From Rhabdothermincola salaria (lineage in GTDB: Bacteria > Actinomycetota > Acidimicrobiia > Acidimicrobiales > Acidimicrobilacustridaceae): DNA of 64,000 nt. Location of the stretch: the NCBI RefSeq assembly GCF_021246445.1, contig NZ_JAJQXW010000002.1, forward strand, positions 248,001 to 312,000, in the 5' to 3' direction. Position numbers and translations under genes: made by a program. Under the pieces are notes generated by a model. The model saw only the letters and a list, made by a program, of their open reading frames with translations. It had not been told where the DNA came from and ran no database searches. Shown here one piece after another: positions 48,834 to 58,606 of the stretch (positions are counted from its first letter, which is position 1; every line of letters begins with the position of its first letter).

Positions 48834-49691
48834 TCAGGCGTAGCGGTCGATGGCGCTGGTGGCCGCCCCCACGTACCCACCCCCGAACTTGATGGCGTGC
48901 ACGACGAGCGGGGCCAGCTGGTGCAGCTCCACCCGCTCGCCGGCACCGTCGGCCAGCGGGGCGACGTCTTCGTAGGCGGCATGGGCCCGGGGGCCGAAGC
49001 CGCCGAACAGTCGCATCATGGCCAGGTCGAACTCGCGGTGCCCGCCGAACGCCGCCGGGTCGATCAGCCAGTTCCGGCCACCCGTGTCGACCAGGCGGTT
49101 CCCGGCCCACAGGTCGCCGTGCAGGCGAGCCGGAGGTTCGACCGGGCCGAGGAGCGCTTCGGCTCTCGCCGCCACCCGGTGCAGGCCGGCCACGGCGGCC
49201 GGGGGCAGGGCACCGGCCTCCTCGGCCAGGGCGGCGAGCGGCACGAGGCGCCGTTCGGCGTAGAAGGTCGCCCAGCTCGGCGCCGGATCGTTGGGGAGCG
49301 AGCGCGAACCCGTCGGCCGCCGGTCCTCCCGCCCGAAGCACGGCGCGCCCGCGGCGTGCAGGGCGGCCAGCGACCGACCGAAGGCCTCGTCGGTGCCGGG
49401 CCCCGGAGAGCCCTCCTCGATCCACTCCAGCACGAGGTGGGCCGGGTCGTCGCCGACGGCCAGCACCTCGGGCACGGCGACCGCCCCCGCGTCGCGCAAC
49501 CAGGACAGCCCGGCGGCTTCGGTGACGAAGAAGCCGGGAGGTGGGTCGTGGTGGGTCTTGGCGAACACGCGCCGACCGTCGCCCAGGTCGAGTCGGAAGG
49601 CGGCGGCGACATCGCCGCCATGCAGCCGGGCCGACGCCACGACGGTCGCCGAGAGGGCGGCCTCCACGGCGAGCACCAGCATCCGCTCCAT
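48834..49691 (-). CDS. Fructosamine kinase family protein
   Basis: LHGGD, EAAGLSWL, LHGDLWAGN, IDPAAFGGHREFDLAM. Confidence 0.92.
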   Translation of the reverse strand: MERMLVLAVEAALSATVVASARLHGGDVAAAFRLDLGDGRRVFAKTHHDPPPGFFVTEAAGLSWLRDAGAVAVPEVLAVGDDPAHLVLEWIEEGSPGPGTDEAFGRSLAALHAAGAPCFGREDRRPTGSRSLPNDPAPSWATFYAERRLVPLAALAEEAGALPPAAVAGLHRVAARAEALLGPVEPPARLHGDLWAGNRLVDTGGRNWLIDPAAFGGHREFDLAMMRLFGGFGPRAHAAYEDVAPLADGAGERVELHQLAPLVVHAIKFGGGYVGAATSAIDRYA

Positions 49692-49726
49692 GGTCGGACC
49701 CTACGCCCGGTTCGCCGCGGTCGAGC

Positions 49727-51238
49727 TCAGCCGGTCAGCCGGGCCCGACCGTCGGGGGCGATCCTGACCCCACGACCCACGAGCTCCTCGTCACCGTCCA
49801 TCACCGCCAGGTCGTCGGCGTCCTCGACCCGACCCCAGCCGCGGTGCTCGTCGTCCGGGACCACGGCCACGAACCCGTGGGTGGCGGCGCCGGCGCGGTC
49901 GTGCATGACCGTCCAGGTCTCGATCACCCCCTCGAGGCCGTCGACGGCATCGGGGCGCGCGGCTCGACGTCGCGGCACAGCAGCCAGCGCCTCGTCGGGA
50001 CGGTGGTGGGAGAATGCGTGGTCCGGTGGGCGGGCGGAGAAGACCGTGGCCGCCAACTTGGTGACCACACCCCCGTTCGCCGAGCACAGCCCCACAGCCC
50101 CGGGGTCTCCTCGAACCTCGTGCACCATCCGGGCCATGCCGTGCATCGGGTACCCGTTCCAGGGTCCACCGGCGAAGCGCATCCCCCCGGTGACGGTGAG
50201 CGGCCGGTCGAGCGACAGCCCGTAGCCGGCTGCCTGCTGTTGCACGGCCGAGGGGAAGCACGAGTAGAGGTCGACCGGGCCGACGTCGTCGACATCGAGC
50301 CCGGAGGCGGCCCACAGGGTGCGGCCGACCACGTCGGCCAGCGACGACCGGGCCAGGTCTGCTCGGGCCGTCATGGTGGGCGCGGACCCCTCCACCGTGA
50401 GCCACGGAAAGACCCACCGGTCCCGAGGTACGCCGAGGCGCTCGGCCTCGGCCACCGAGCACAGCAAGAGGGCCGCACCCTGGTCGACCTGCTCGTTGGA
50501 GACCATGAGCTTCGTGTACGGCGACCCGACGAGGCGGTTGGTCGGCGACGGCGTGGCGATCTCGTCGGGCGAGTGGGGCGTGCGGTCCCAGGCCCACGGG
50601 TTGGACACCGCCACCTGGGCGAGGCCGGCCCACAGCTCCCCCAACCACGCGCGGTGCTCGGCCGGGGTGCGGCCCGAGGCGATCCTCAGCGCCTGCTCGA
50701 GCAGGGGGTACAGCTCGACGGGGTCGGTCAGCCCGACCGCCTCCTCGGCGGGGTCGACGAAGTCGATGAGCCCACCGACCACCCGTTCCGGGGTCGGGCT
50801 GGCCTCGTCGTCGAACCGGGGGAGCGCGGGGCCCCGCCCTCGGCGGGCGGCGACCTTCGAGTACCAGGCCTCGCCGGCCACCAGCAGGGTGACGCCGCCG
50901 ACCCCGGCGCCGATGCCCATCGCCGTGCCGGCCAGCATGGTGCCGCACACCTCACCGCCACCCAACCACAGCTCGCTGCGCACCCCGGCCAACCCGAGCA
51001 CGCTCGCCGCCAGCCCCGCCGGATCGGCGTGCCGGTTCGTGAGGACGGGGGCGCTGCGGGCCACCTCCACCGCCTCGAGCACCACCGAGGTGCCGGCGGC
51101 CGCCTCGGCGTCGTCGGCGGCGAGGCGGGCGGCCTCGGCCAGCAGGTCGATGGGTTCCCGGACAGGGGCACCGGCGTTCGTGCGGTTGCTGACGACGGCA
51201 GCCCCGATCACGACGGGGGTGTGGGGATCGAGACGCAC
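49727..51238 (-). CDS. Thiolase-like protein type 1 (acetyl-CoA acetyltransferase-like)
   Basis: TPVVIG, PYTKLM, VDQGAA, DLYSCFP, TGGMRFAGGPWN; GGAGG RBS + GTG. Confidence 0.87.
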   Translation of the reverse strand: MRLDPHTPVVIGAAVVSNRTNAGAPVREPIDLLAEAARLAADDAEAAAGTSVVLEAVEVARSAPVLTNRHADPAGLAASVLGLAGVRSELWLGGGEVCGTMLAGTAMGIGAGVGGVTLLVAGEAWYSKVAARRGRGPALPRFDDEASPTPERVVGGLIDFVDPAEEAVGLTDPVELYPLLEQALRIASGRTPAEHRAWLGELWAGLAQVAVSNPWAWDRTPHSPDEIATPSPTNRLVGSPYTKLMVSNEQVDQGAALLLCSVAEAERLGVPRDRWVFPWLTVEGSAPTMTARADLARSSLADVVGRTLWAASGLDVDDVGPVDLYSCFPSAVQQQAAGYGLSLDRPLTVTGGMRFAGGPWNGYPMHGMARMVHEVRGDPGAVGLCSANGGVVTKLAATVFSARPPDHAFSHHRPDEALAAVPRRRAARPDAVDGLEGVIETWTVMHDRAGAATHGFVAVVPDDEHRGWGRVEDADDLAVMDGDEELVGRGVRIAPDGRARLTG

Positions 51239-51334
51239 GGGACCTCCTGGCGACGGTGCGATCATCCTCGCGGTCCCGGCCACGTCGCCGGCAGGGCCCA
51301 TCGACCCGACCCGCGGCGGACCGGGGCCCTGCGT

Positions 51335-52690
51335 TCAGGGGCGGCGGCGGCGGGCCTTGGCCTGGAGCAGCGCCTGGTCGGCGTGGTCGAGCACCGTGTC
51401 GATCGGGTGATCGCCCCAGTCCTCGGGCAGCACCGCCGCACCCACGCTCACGGTGAGGTCGACGCAGGCGCCGTCGGCGCTGATGGGCTCGTCGAACGCG
51501 TCCCTGACCCGTGCGACCATCCGGTCGAGGGCGCCCTGGTCCGTACCCGGGCAGACCACGACGAACTCGTCGCCGCCGATGCGGGCCACCAGGTCGTCGC
51601 GTCGCGCCGCCCCCGCCAGACGTCGAGCCACGACCTCGAGCACGTGGTCACCGGTGGTGTGGCCATAGCGGTCGTTGACCGGCTTGAAGTCGTCGACGTC
51701 GCAGTAGAGCAGCCCGACGGTGTGCTCGGAGCCCTGGCGACCGAGCTCCGAGAGGCGGTCGGCCAGACCGAAGCGGTTGGCCAAGCCGGTGAGCGGGTCG
51801 GTGTGGGACCGGGCCACGAGCGCGACCCGGGCCCGGTGCGTCGTCAGGGCCAGCTGCACGAGCCGGACCAGGCGCTCGATGGCCCGCTGGTGGTGCAGGG
51901 CCAGCGGACCGGGCAGCGTGCGCCACACGACCAGGGCCCCGGCAGAGCCGTCGGCCACGAACGGGAACAGCCAGCACCCGACGGCGGCGAGCGACGCTGC
52001 GCCCGCCGCGAACGCGGACCCGAGCTGCGCCGGGTCGTCGACCGCCAGGGGTGCGCCGGCCTGCAGCAGCTCCTCCCAGAGGGTGGGGTGGGCAGCCGTG
52101 GCCTCGGCGGTGAGGACCGTGCAGCAGCCGGCATCTCCGACGACCCGGCCGAAGCCCTCGCCGTCCCATTCGAGCCCGACGGCCGCCCGCGACGCCGGGA
52201 ACTGCAGCTCGAGCACCTCGATGATGTCGACGAGGACCTCGTCGAGGTCGTCGCACGCGACGAGCGCCTCCACCGCCCGATCGAGCGCCACCATGTCCTT
52301 CGCCGGTCGGAGTCGAGCCACCACGCCGTCGAAATCGGGCTGTGGGAACGGCACTCCGAGCACCTCGGTCGGGACGACACGTCCGTCGGCGTGGAGCAGG
52401 TCGATGATGATCGGGGGTCCTGTCCATCCCTCCCCCAGCTCGCCCGCCCGTCGGAACTCGTGGACGGCCGCGAGCGCGGTGGCGTGATCGTGGGGGGCGA
52501 CCAGGTCGAGCGCCCCGACGCCGACCAGTTGCTCGGCCGGCCGTCCCACGAACATGACCGCATCCGTGCTGGCCCAGCGCAGCACGAACGAGGCATCGAT
52601 GACGACATAGGGGTCAGGGCTGTTGCGGACGAGCTCGGCGAGGAACTCGTCGTCGATCGGCACCTCCCCGACCGGGCTGTCCTCGTCCAC
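51335..52690 (-). CDS. PAS/GAF-like sensor diguanylate cyclase
   Basis: DPLTGLANR, DVDDFKPVNDRYGH, RRDD I-site, RIGGDEF. Confidence 0.92.
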   Translation of the reverse strand: MDEDSPVGEVPIDDEFLAELVRNSPDPYVVIDASFVLRWASTDAVMFVGRPAEQLVGVGALDLVAPHDHATALAAVHEFRRAGELGEGWTGPPIIIDLLHADGRVVPTEVLGVPFPQPDFDGVVARLRPAKDMVALDRAVEALVACDDLDEVLVDIIEVLELQFPASRAAVGLEWDGEGFGRVVGDAGCCTVLTAEATAAHPTLWEELLQAGAPLAVDDPAQLGSAFAAGAASLAAVGCWLFPFVADGSAGALVVWRTLPGPLALHHQRAIERLVRLVQLALTTHRARVALVARSHTDPLTGLANRFGLADRLSELGRQGSEHTVGLLYCDVDDFKPVNDRYGHTTGDHVLEVVARRLAGAARRDDLVARIGGDEFVVVCPGTDQGALDRMVARVRDAFDEPISADGACVDLTVSVGAAVLPEDWGDHPIDTVLDHADQALLQAKARRRRP

Positions 52691-52758
52691 CGCACCGTCC
52701 CTCCACCGACCGCCGGAGGCAGCGTAGCGACCGGCAGAAGAGCGTTCCAGGCCCGATC

Positions 52759-55242
52759 TCAGCGTGCTCCCACTGGCGTCGGCTCGCCGATCGAGGCCGT
52801 CTCGGAGCGCCGTTCGTGGTCGTCCAGCTCGACCACGTCGCCCTTGCGCACCCGCCAGTCGGCCCACAGCTTCAGGCAGGCCGGTTGGATGAGGATGGCG
52901 GCGACGAACGAGTAAAGGATCGTGATGGCCACGATCAGGCCGAACTGCTGCATCGGCACCAAGGACCCGAAGAGGAGCACACCGAACCCCGCCGCCGTGG
53001 TGAGGGCCGAACCGGCCATGGCGCCGCCGGTGTGGGTCACCGTCATCCGGATCGCCTCGTCGACGGTGTCGTAGCGACGACGGTCCTCGAGGAAGCGATG
53101 GGTGACGTGGATCCCGAAGGGGACGCCGATGCCGATGGCGATGCTGGCGACCATGGCGGTCAACACGTTGAAGCTGATGCCCAGCAGCCACATGGTCCCG
53201 AGCACCCAGGACACCACGGCCATCGACGGGACCATGGTGATGACCCCCAGGACGGGCTTGCGTTCCTTGAGCCCGTAGTAGGAGACGAGCAGGAGCAGCG
53301 CCGCCACGAGGGTGATGGCCATGCCCTGGGTCTGGCTGGCCTGCAGGGCGTCGAAGGACTCGTCGTTCACCAGCGGCTCGGAGGTGACGACCGAGGTGAG
53401 CCCGGCCTCGGCGAGCGGGCCGGTTCGCTGGGCCACTGCCTCCACCAGGTCGCTGGCGCCCTCCTGGCCGGCGGAGGTGGGCACCACGATCACCGCGGCC
53501 TCGTCGTCGGCGGCGAGCAGGCGCGGCGCCTGGCTCGGAGCCAGGGACCGCACCAGCTGGTAGAGGCCGGCCACGTCGGCGTCCGGCGCCACCCCGTCCG
53601 CGGCGTCGTAGCCGAGTGCGGCGAACTGCCCGGCCAGGGCCGGGTCGGCGGACAGCGTGGCCACCAGGCCGGCGATGGAGTCGCCGGCCAGGTCGCCACC
53701 GGTGACGCGCACCCCGGCGATGCCGTCGACGTCGCGCTGGACCTCGAGCATGGCCGCGAGCGCCTCGGGGGTCGCCACGGGGCCGTCGAGCACCACGAAG
53801 GTGCTCTCGGTGAGCTCTCCCCCGAAGCGCGTCTCGATGCGGTCGAGCAGGAGCCCGATCTCGGAGTCGGGGGGGATGAAGTCGTCCTGGCTGAACGTGG
53901 TCTCGACCTGGGTGGCGGCCCCGACGGCGCCCAGGCTGACGACCAGGGCCACGGCGAGAGCGACCTTGGGGGCGCGCTCGGCCACCGCCGCCAGCCGACC
54001 GCTGAGGCGTGAGAGCACGTTGGGACGCTCGTCCGCCGCCCGTCGCCGCGCCGGTCGGCCGCCTGCCGCCTCACGGCGGACCGCTCGGGTGTCGAGCAGG
54101 TTGCGGGCAGCGGGCACGAGCATCGTCATGATGACGAAGGCCGAGAGCACGCCCACGGCGATGAAGATCCCGAAGTCGGCGATGGGCGGTAGGGGCGAGG
54201 CCAGGTTGGTGAGGAAGCCCACCACGGTGGTGAGCGTGGCCAGCACCAGAGCACCACCGACGGTGCGCACGGCCATCGACGAGGCCATGGACGGGACCTG
54301 CCCGTGGCGACGCTCCTCGCGGTAGCGCGAGGTGAGGTGGATGGCGTAGTCGATGCCCAGGCCGACCAGGAGGACGGGCACGATGAGCGCGATCTGCGAG
54401 AAGGCCCCCACCACTCCCAGGTAGTCGGGGCCGAGGAGCACCCCGAAGCCGAAGGTCCACACGACGGTGATCACGAGCCCGGCCAGGCCGAGGAGCACGT
54501 CGCTGGCGGAGCGGAACTGGAACAGCAGGATCACGAAGATCAGCGCGAAGGACAACAGCAACAGCCGGGGCATCTCCTCCTCGGACTGGCGCTGCAGGGC
54601 GTCGTTGAAGACCGACGCGTTGTAGGGCTCCACGACGATGCCGTCGACGGCCGGAGCATCCTCCACCACGTCGGCCAGGACGAGGGAGGCGTCGGCCACC
54701 TCGGCGTCGGTCATGGTGGAGGGGAACGAGACGATGACCAGGCCCGCGGCCGCGCGTCCCGCTTCGAGGTCGGCGTCGGTCGACAGCAGGGGTGCCATCT
54801 GGTCACCCACCACGGCCACGGCCGCAGCGATCTGGGCGTCGGTGGCCTCCTGCACGTCGATCCCCTGAGCGTCGAGGGTGGCCTCGACGGGGAGGGCGAA
54901 GGAGCGGATCGGCTCGGCCTGGTCGCCGAGCTCCACCCCGCTGCCGGCGATGGCCTCCTCGACCCGCGCCGCCGCCTGGATCCCGTCGGCGGTCAGGACG
55001 TCGCCGTCGGGACCGGCGTCGACCACCACCTGCAACGTGGCCCCGCCCGCACCGAAGTCCTCCTGGACCCGGTCGAGGGCGGCGGCCGACTCGCTGTCGG
55101 GGGCGAAGGCGGTCAGCTCGGTGTCGGAGGTGGCTTGTCCGGCGAAGGTGGCCAGGACCACGGTGAGCGCGGCGAGGGACACCAGCACCCGACCGGGGCG
55201 CTCTCGGGCGAAGCGGGCGAGGACGTCGAGCAGAGCGTTCAC
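52759..55242 (-). CDS. MMPL/RND family transporter
   Basis: Two-repeat topology; GLGIDYAIH in repeat 1, GIGVPFGIH in repeat 2. Confidence 0.9.
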   Translation of the reverse strand: MNALLDVLARFARERPGRVLVSLAALTVVLATFAGQATSDTELTAFAPDSESAAALDRVQEDFGAGGATLQVVVDAGPDGDVLTADGIQAAARVEEAIAGSGVELGDQAEPIRSFALPVEATLDAQGIDVQEATDAQIAAAVAVVGDQMAPLLSTDADLEAGRAAAGLVIVSFPSTMTDAEVADASLVLADVVEDAPAVDGIVVEPYNASVFNDALQRQSEEEMPRLLLLSFALIFVILLFQFRSASDVLLGLAGLVITVVWTFGFGVLLGPDYLGVVGAFSQIALIVPVLLVGLGIDYAIHLTSRYREERRHGQVPSMASSMAVRTVGGALVLATLTTVVGFLTNLASPLPPIADFGIFIAVGVLSAFVIMTMLVPAARNLLDTRAVRREAAGGRPARRRAADERPNVLSRLSGRLAAVAERAPKVALAVALVVSLGAVGAATQVETTFSQDDFIPPDSEIGLLLDRIETRFGGELTESTFVVLDGPVATPEALAAMLEVQRDVDGIAGVRVTGGDLAGDSIAGLVATLSADPALAGQFAALGYDAADGVAPDADVAGLYQLVRSLAPSQAPRLLAADDEAAVIVVPTSAGQEGASDLVEAVAQRTGPLAEAGLTSVVTSEPLVNDESFDALQASQTQGMAITLVAALLLLVSYYGLKERKPVLGVITMVPSMAVVSWVLGTMWLLGISFNVLTAMVASIAIGIGVPFGIHVTHRFLEDRRRYDTVDEAIRMTVTHTGGAMAGSALTTAAGFGVLLFGSLVPMQQFGLIVAITILYSFVAAILIQPACLKLWADWRVRKGDVVELDDHERRSETASIGEPTPVGAR

Positions 55243-55293
55243 GGGACACGTCCGGGGGGAGACGGGAGTGCGTGACGGAGATCACAACACGGA

Positions 55294-55334
55294 GTGCCAA
55301 GGTGGCACCCGGTGACAGATGTTACCGGTAGGCT
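55294..55334. promoter_or_regulatory. Putative TetR operator(s) and -10 box between mmpL and tetR
   Basis: GTGCCA-AGG-TGGCAC and CCGGTGACA-GA-TGTTACCGG dyads; TAGGCT 6 nt before the tetR ATG. Confidence 0.6.
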
Positions 55335-55340
55335 GGACCC

Positions 55341-55985
55341 ATGCGGACCGCGAGTGACATACGCAACACCGCCGGGTTGCGGGAGCGGAACCGCGAGCGG
55401 AACCGGGCCGAGCTCGCCGCCGCCGCCCTGCAGCTGTTCACCGAGCGCGGCTTCGACGAGGTGACCGTCGACGACATCGCCGAGGCCGCGGGCGTGTCCC
55501 GCCGGACGTTCTTTCGCTACTTCGAGTCCAAGGAGGACGCCGTCCTCCCCTACGAGGAGGAGCGGATCGATCAGCTGCGCGAGGCCCTCGCCCAACGACC
55601 GGCCCACGAGACGGTGCTGGCCACGATCCGGCGCGTCACCACCGCCATCGGGGCGGACCTGAGCCCGCAGGGCCCCGCTCGCCGCGAAGCACTGGCTCGC
55701 ATGCGGATCGTGACCGAGAACCCGTCGGTGCTGGCTCGCAGCCTCGAGCTGCAGAGCCGGATGGCCGAGGAGCTCTCCGTGCTCGTGGCCGAACACCTCG
55801 GGGTCGAGGCCGAGACCAGCCTCGAGGCCCAGGTCGTGGCCGGGGCCGCCATCGCCGCCGTGCGCGCCGCCGCCCATGTGTGGTGGGCGACCGAGGGCGA
55901 CCGGGACTTCGCCGAGCTCCTCGGCGAGGCCTACGACCTGTTGACCACCGGCGTCGACCTCCCCGGGGGGCCGCCCACGCGCTGA
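55341..55985 (+). CDS. TetR family regulator
   Basis: GLRER, TVDDIAEAAGVSRRTFFRYFESKED. Confidence 0.93.
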   Translation: MRTASDIRNTAGLRERNRERNRAELAAAALQLFTERGFDEVTVDDIAEAAGVSRRTFFRYFESKEDAVLPYEEERIDQLREALAQRPAHETVLATIRRVTTAIGADLSPQGPARREALARMRIVTENPSVLARSLELQSRMAEELSVLVAEHLGVEAETSLEAQVVAGAAIAAVRAAAHVWWATEGDRDFAELLGEAYDLLTTGVDLPGGPPTR

Positions 55986-56066
55986 CCGCCGAACCCCACG
56001 GCGGGCGCAACACGACGGGCGCTCACCTTCGGCGCGCCCCGCTCCGTCGACCTCGGTCGGGCGACG

Positions 56067-56110
56067 AGATACCCCAGGGGGTTGTGATGGGGTACCCCCT
56101 GGGGTATCTT
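56067..56110 (+). promoter_or_regulatory. Tandem CsoR/CstR-type operators forming a perfect 16-bp inverted repeat over the sulP promoter
   Basis: AGATACCCCAGGGGGT-11 nt-ACCCCCTGGGGTATCT; -10 TATCTT 8 nt before ATG 56119. Confidence 0.8.
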
Positions 56111-56118
56111 GTCCAGCC

Positions 56119-57903
56119 ATGGCCCGCACCTCCTCGACCCTCGGCGTCCTCGCCCGCTGGATCCCGATCGCCGGGTGGCTCCCGCGCTACCGACGCCCGG
56201 ACCTCGGCGGCGACCTGACCGCCGGCATCACCGTCGCCGCCATGCTCATCCCCCAGGGCATGGCCTACGCCATGCTCGCCGGGATGCCGCCGCAGGCCGG
56301 CCTCTACGCCTCCACCATCCCCATCGCGCTCTACGCCTTCTTCGGCACCTCCCGCCAGCTGGCCGTCGGCCCCGTGGCCATCGTCTCGCTGCTGACCGCC
56401 TCGGCGCTCGCCCCGCTCGCCGACGAGGGCACCGGCGAGTACATCGCCCTCGCCGCCGTCCTCGCCCTGATGGTGGCGGCCGTGCACTTCCTGCTCGGCA
56501 TCACCCGCATGGGCTGGGTGGTCAACCTGCTCTCCCACCCGGTACTGGTCGGCTTCACCGCCGCCGCCGCCCTGATCATCGGTGCCAGCCAGGTCAAGCA
56601 CCTGCTGGGGGTGACGCTCCCGAGCACCGAGGGGTTCATCGAGACCGTCACCGAGCTGGGCAGGTCCCTGGGTGACGTCAACTGGACCACCATCGCTCTC
56701 GGAGCCGGCACCATCGCCGTGCTGGTGGGGCTCAAGAAGTGGAAGAAGACCTTCCCCGCCGCCCTCGTGGCCGTGGTGGTCACCACCATCGTGTCGCAGG
56801 TCTTCGACCTCGCCGGCCGAGGCGTGAGCACCATCGGGGAGATCCCGAGCGACCTGCCGGCGCTCGCCATCCCCTCCATCGACAGCGGAGCTCTCGGCTC
56901 GCTCGTCCCCGCCGCCCTCGTCATCACCCTGGCCGGCTACATGGAGTCCATCGCCATCGCCAAGGTGTTCGCCCGCAAGAACCGCTACGAGGTCGACGCC
57001 AACCAGGAGCTGATCGGCCTCGGCGCCGCCAACGCCGGCGCCGGCCTGTTCGGCGGCTTCCCCGTCACCGGCGGCTTCTCCCGCACCGCCGTCAACGCCG
57101 ACGCCGGGGCCCGCACGCCGCTGGCCTCGCTCATCTCGGTCGGCATCATCCTCGTCGCCCTGGTGGCCATCACCCCCTTCCTGACCGCCCTCCCCAGCGC
57201 CACCCTCGGCGCCATCGTCGTGGTCGCCGTCTACGGGCTGGTCGACGTCAAGGAGGCCCGCCACATCGCCAAGGTGAAGCGGGGCGACCTGTTCCCCATG
57301 GGCGTGGCCTTCGCCGCCACCCTGGTGCTCGGCATCGAGGCCGGCATCGCCATCGCCATCGGCGCCTCGCTGGTGCTCATCTTCATGCGCCTCATGCGGC
57401 CCCACACCGCCGAGCTGGGCCGCATCCCGGGAACCTCCGTCTACCGCAACACCGCCCGCTTCCCCGAAGCCGAGACCCATCCCGGCATCGCCGTGCTGCG
57501 CCTCGACACCTCGCTGAACTTCGCCAACGTGGCCTTCGTCAAGCGCCGCATCAGCGATCTCGTGGCGAACCGTCCCGACGCCACCGCCATCGTCTTGGAC
57601 TTCAACGGCGTCAACGACCTCGACGCCTCGGGCGACCAGGCACTGCACGAGATCCTCGAGGACCTGGCCGATCAGGGCATCGACGTCCACCTGGCCACGG
57701 TGAAGGGCCCGGTCCGCGACGTGTTGGTGCGATCCGGGCTCTGGGACCAGCTCGGTCCCCGGGTGCACCTCGACGCCAACGCCGCGGTCCGGAGCATCGA
57801 GGACGAAGAGCCCCGCATCGAAGCCGCCGAGCTGTCCACCGAGCCGGCGGAACCCTCCGAGCCCCAGAGCATGGGTCAGGCCTTCCGGGCGGTGAGCCGA
57901 TGA
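56119..57903 (+). CDS. SulP family anion permease with STAS domain
   Basis: LIPQGMAYAMLAG, GTSRQLAVGP, NQELIGLG, GGFSRTAVN, LNFAN, DLDASG. Confidence 0.95.
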   Translation: MARTSSTLGVLARWIPIAGWLPRYRRPDLGGDLTAGITVAAMLIPQGMAYAMLAGMPPQAGLYASTIPIALYAFFGTSRQLAVGPVAIVSLLTASALAPLADEGTGEYIALAAVLALMVAAVHFLLGITRMGWVVNLLSHPVLVGFTAAAALIIGASQVKHLLGVTLPSTEGFIETVTELGRSLGDVNWTTIALGAGTIAVLVGLKKWKKTFPAALVAVVVTTIVSQVFDLAGRGVSTIGEIPSDLPALAIPSIDSGALGSLVPAALVITLAGYMESIAIAKVFARKNRYEVDANQELIGLGAANAGAGLFGGFPVTGGFSRTAVNADAGARTPLASLISVGIILVALVAITPFLTALPSATLGAIVVVAVYGLVDVKEARHIAKVKRGDLFPMGVAFAATLVLGIEAGIAIAIGASLVLIFMRLMRPHTAELGRIPGTSVYRNTARFPEAETHPGIAVLRLDTSLNFANVAFVKRRISDLVANRPDATAIVLDFNGVNDLDASGDQALHEILEDLADQGIDVHLATVKGPVRDVLVRSGLWDQLGPRVHLDANAAVRSIEDEEPRIEAAELSTEPAEPSEPQSMGQAFRAVSR

Positions 57904-58538
57904 CCGCCCTCGCCTCTCGCGCCCAGGCCCTCCTCGACGGCAACGAACGCTTCGCCACCGCCGCCCCGCAGCACTGCCACGACGTCACCGCCCAGCGCGA
58001 GGCGGCGGCGCAGAGCCACCGGCCGGTGGCCGCCGTCCTGGCCTGCGCCGACGCCCGGGTCGCCCCCGAACTGGTCTTCGACCAGGGCGTGGGCGAGCTG
58101 TTCTCGGTGCGGGTCGCCGGCAACGTGCCCGCCCGCGCCGCGGTCGCCAGCCTCGAGTACGCCGTCTCCCAACTGGGCGTCGAGCTCGTCGTCGTGCTCG
58201 GCCACGAGCATTGCGGGGCCGTCACCGCCGCCGTGGAACACGTCACCGAGGGCACCGAGCTCCCGGGCGAGCTGGCCGCCCTCATCGACCGCATCGTCCC
58301 GGCCGTGGAGGCCACCGCCGGGCTCCCGGGCGACCACGTCCACCACGCCATCGTCGCCAGCACCGCCGCGACCGTCGAGCAGCTCCGCACCTGGCCCGGC
58401 CCCCTCTCGGACGCCGTGTCGGCCGGTCACCTCGAGGTCGTGGGCGCCGTCTACGACCTCGACACCGGGCGGGTCCGCCTCCTCGGACCGCCACCGCCCC
58501 CCGAACCGTCCCCCGACCCCCTGCCCCCGACGACCTGA
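57900..58538 (+). CDS. Beta-class carbonic anhydrase
   Basis: LLDGNERF, CADARV, RVAGN, SLEYAV, GHEHCGAV; ATGA overlap with sulP. Confidence 0.92.
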   Translation: MTALASRAQALLDGNERFATAAPQHCHDVTAQREAAAQSHRPVAAVLACADARVAPELVFDQGVGELFSVRVAGNVPARAAVASLEYAVSQLGVELVVVLGHEHCGAVTAAVEHVTEGTELPGELAALIDRIVPAVEATAGLPGDHVHHAIVASTAATVEQLRTWPGPLSDAVSAGHLEVVGAVYDLDTGRVRLLGPPPPPEPSPDPLPPTT

Positions 58539-58606
58539 CCCGACCCCCACCCCCACACCCCTCCCGACGACGCCTTCCGGCGTCCCCGCACCGAAAAGGA
58601 AGACCC

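Noticed and set aside
44900..48892. 1330-aa plus-strand ORF
   Set aside because: Arg/Gly/Pro-rich shadow frame over the real SBP, MFS and crotonase genes; typical of high-GC DNA
49541..52915. 1124-aa plus-strand ORF
   Set aside because: Antisense shadow of the thiolase-like and GGDEF genes
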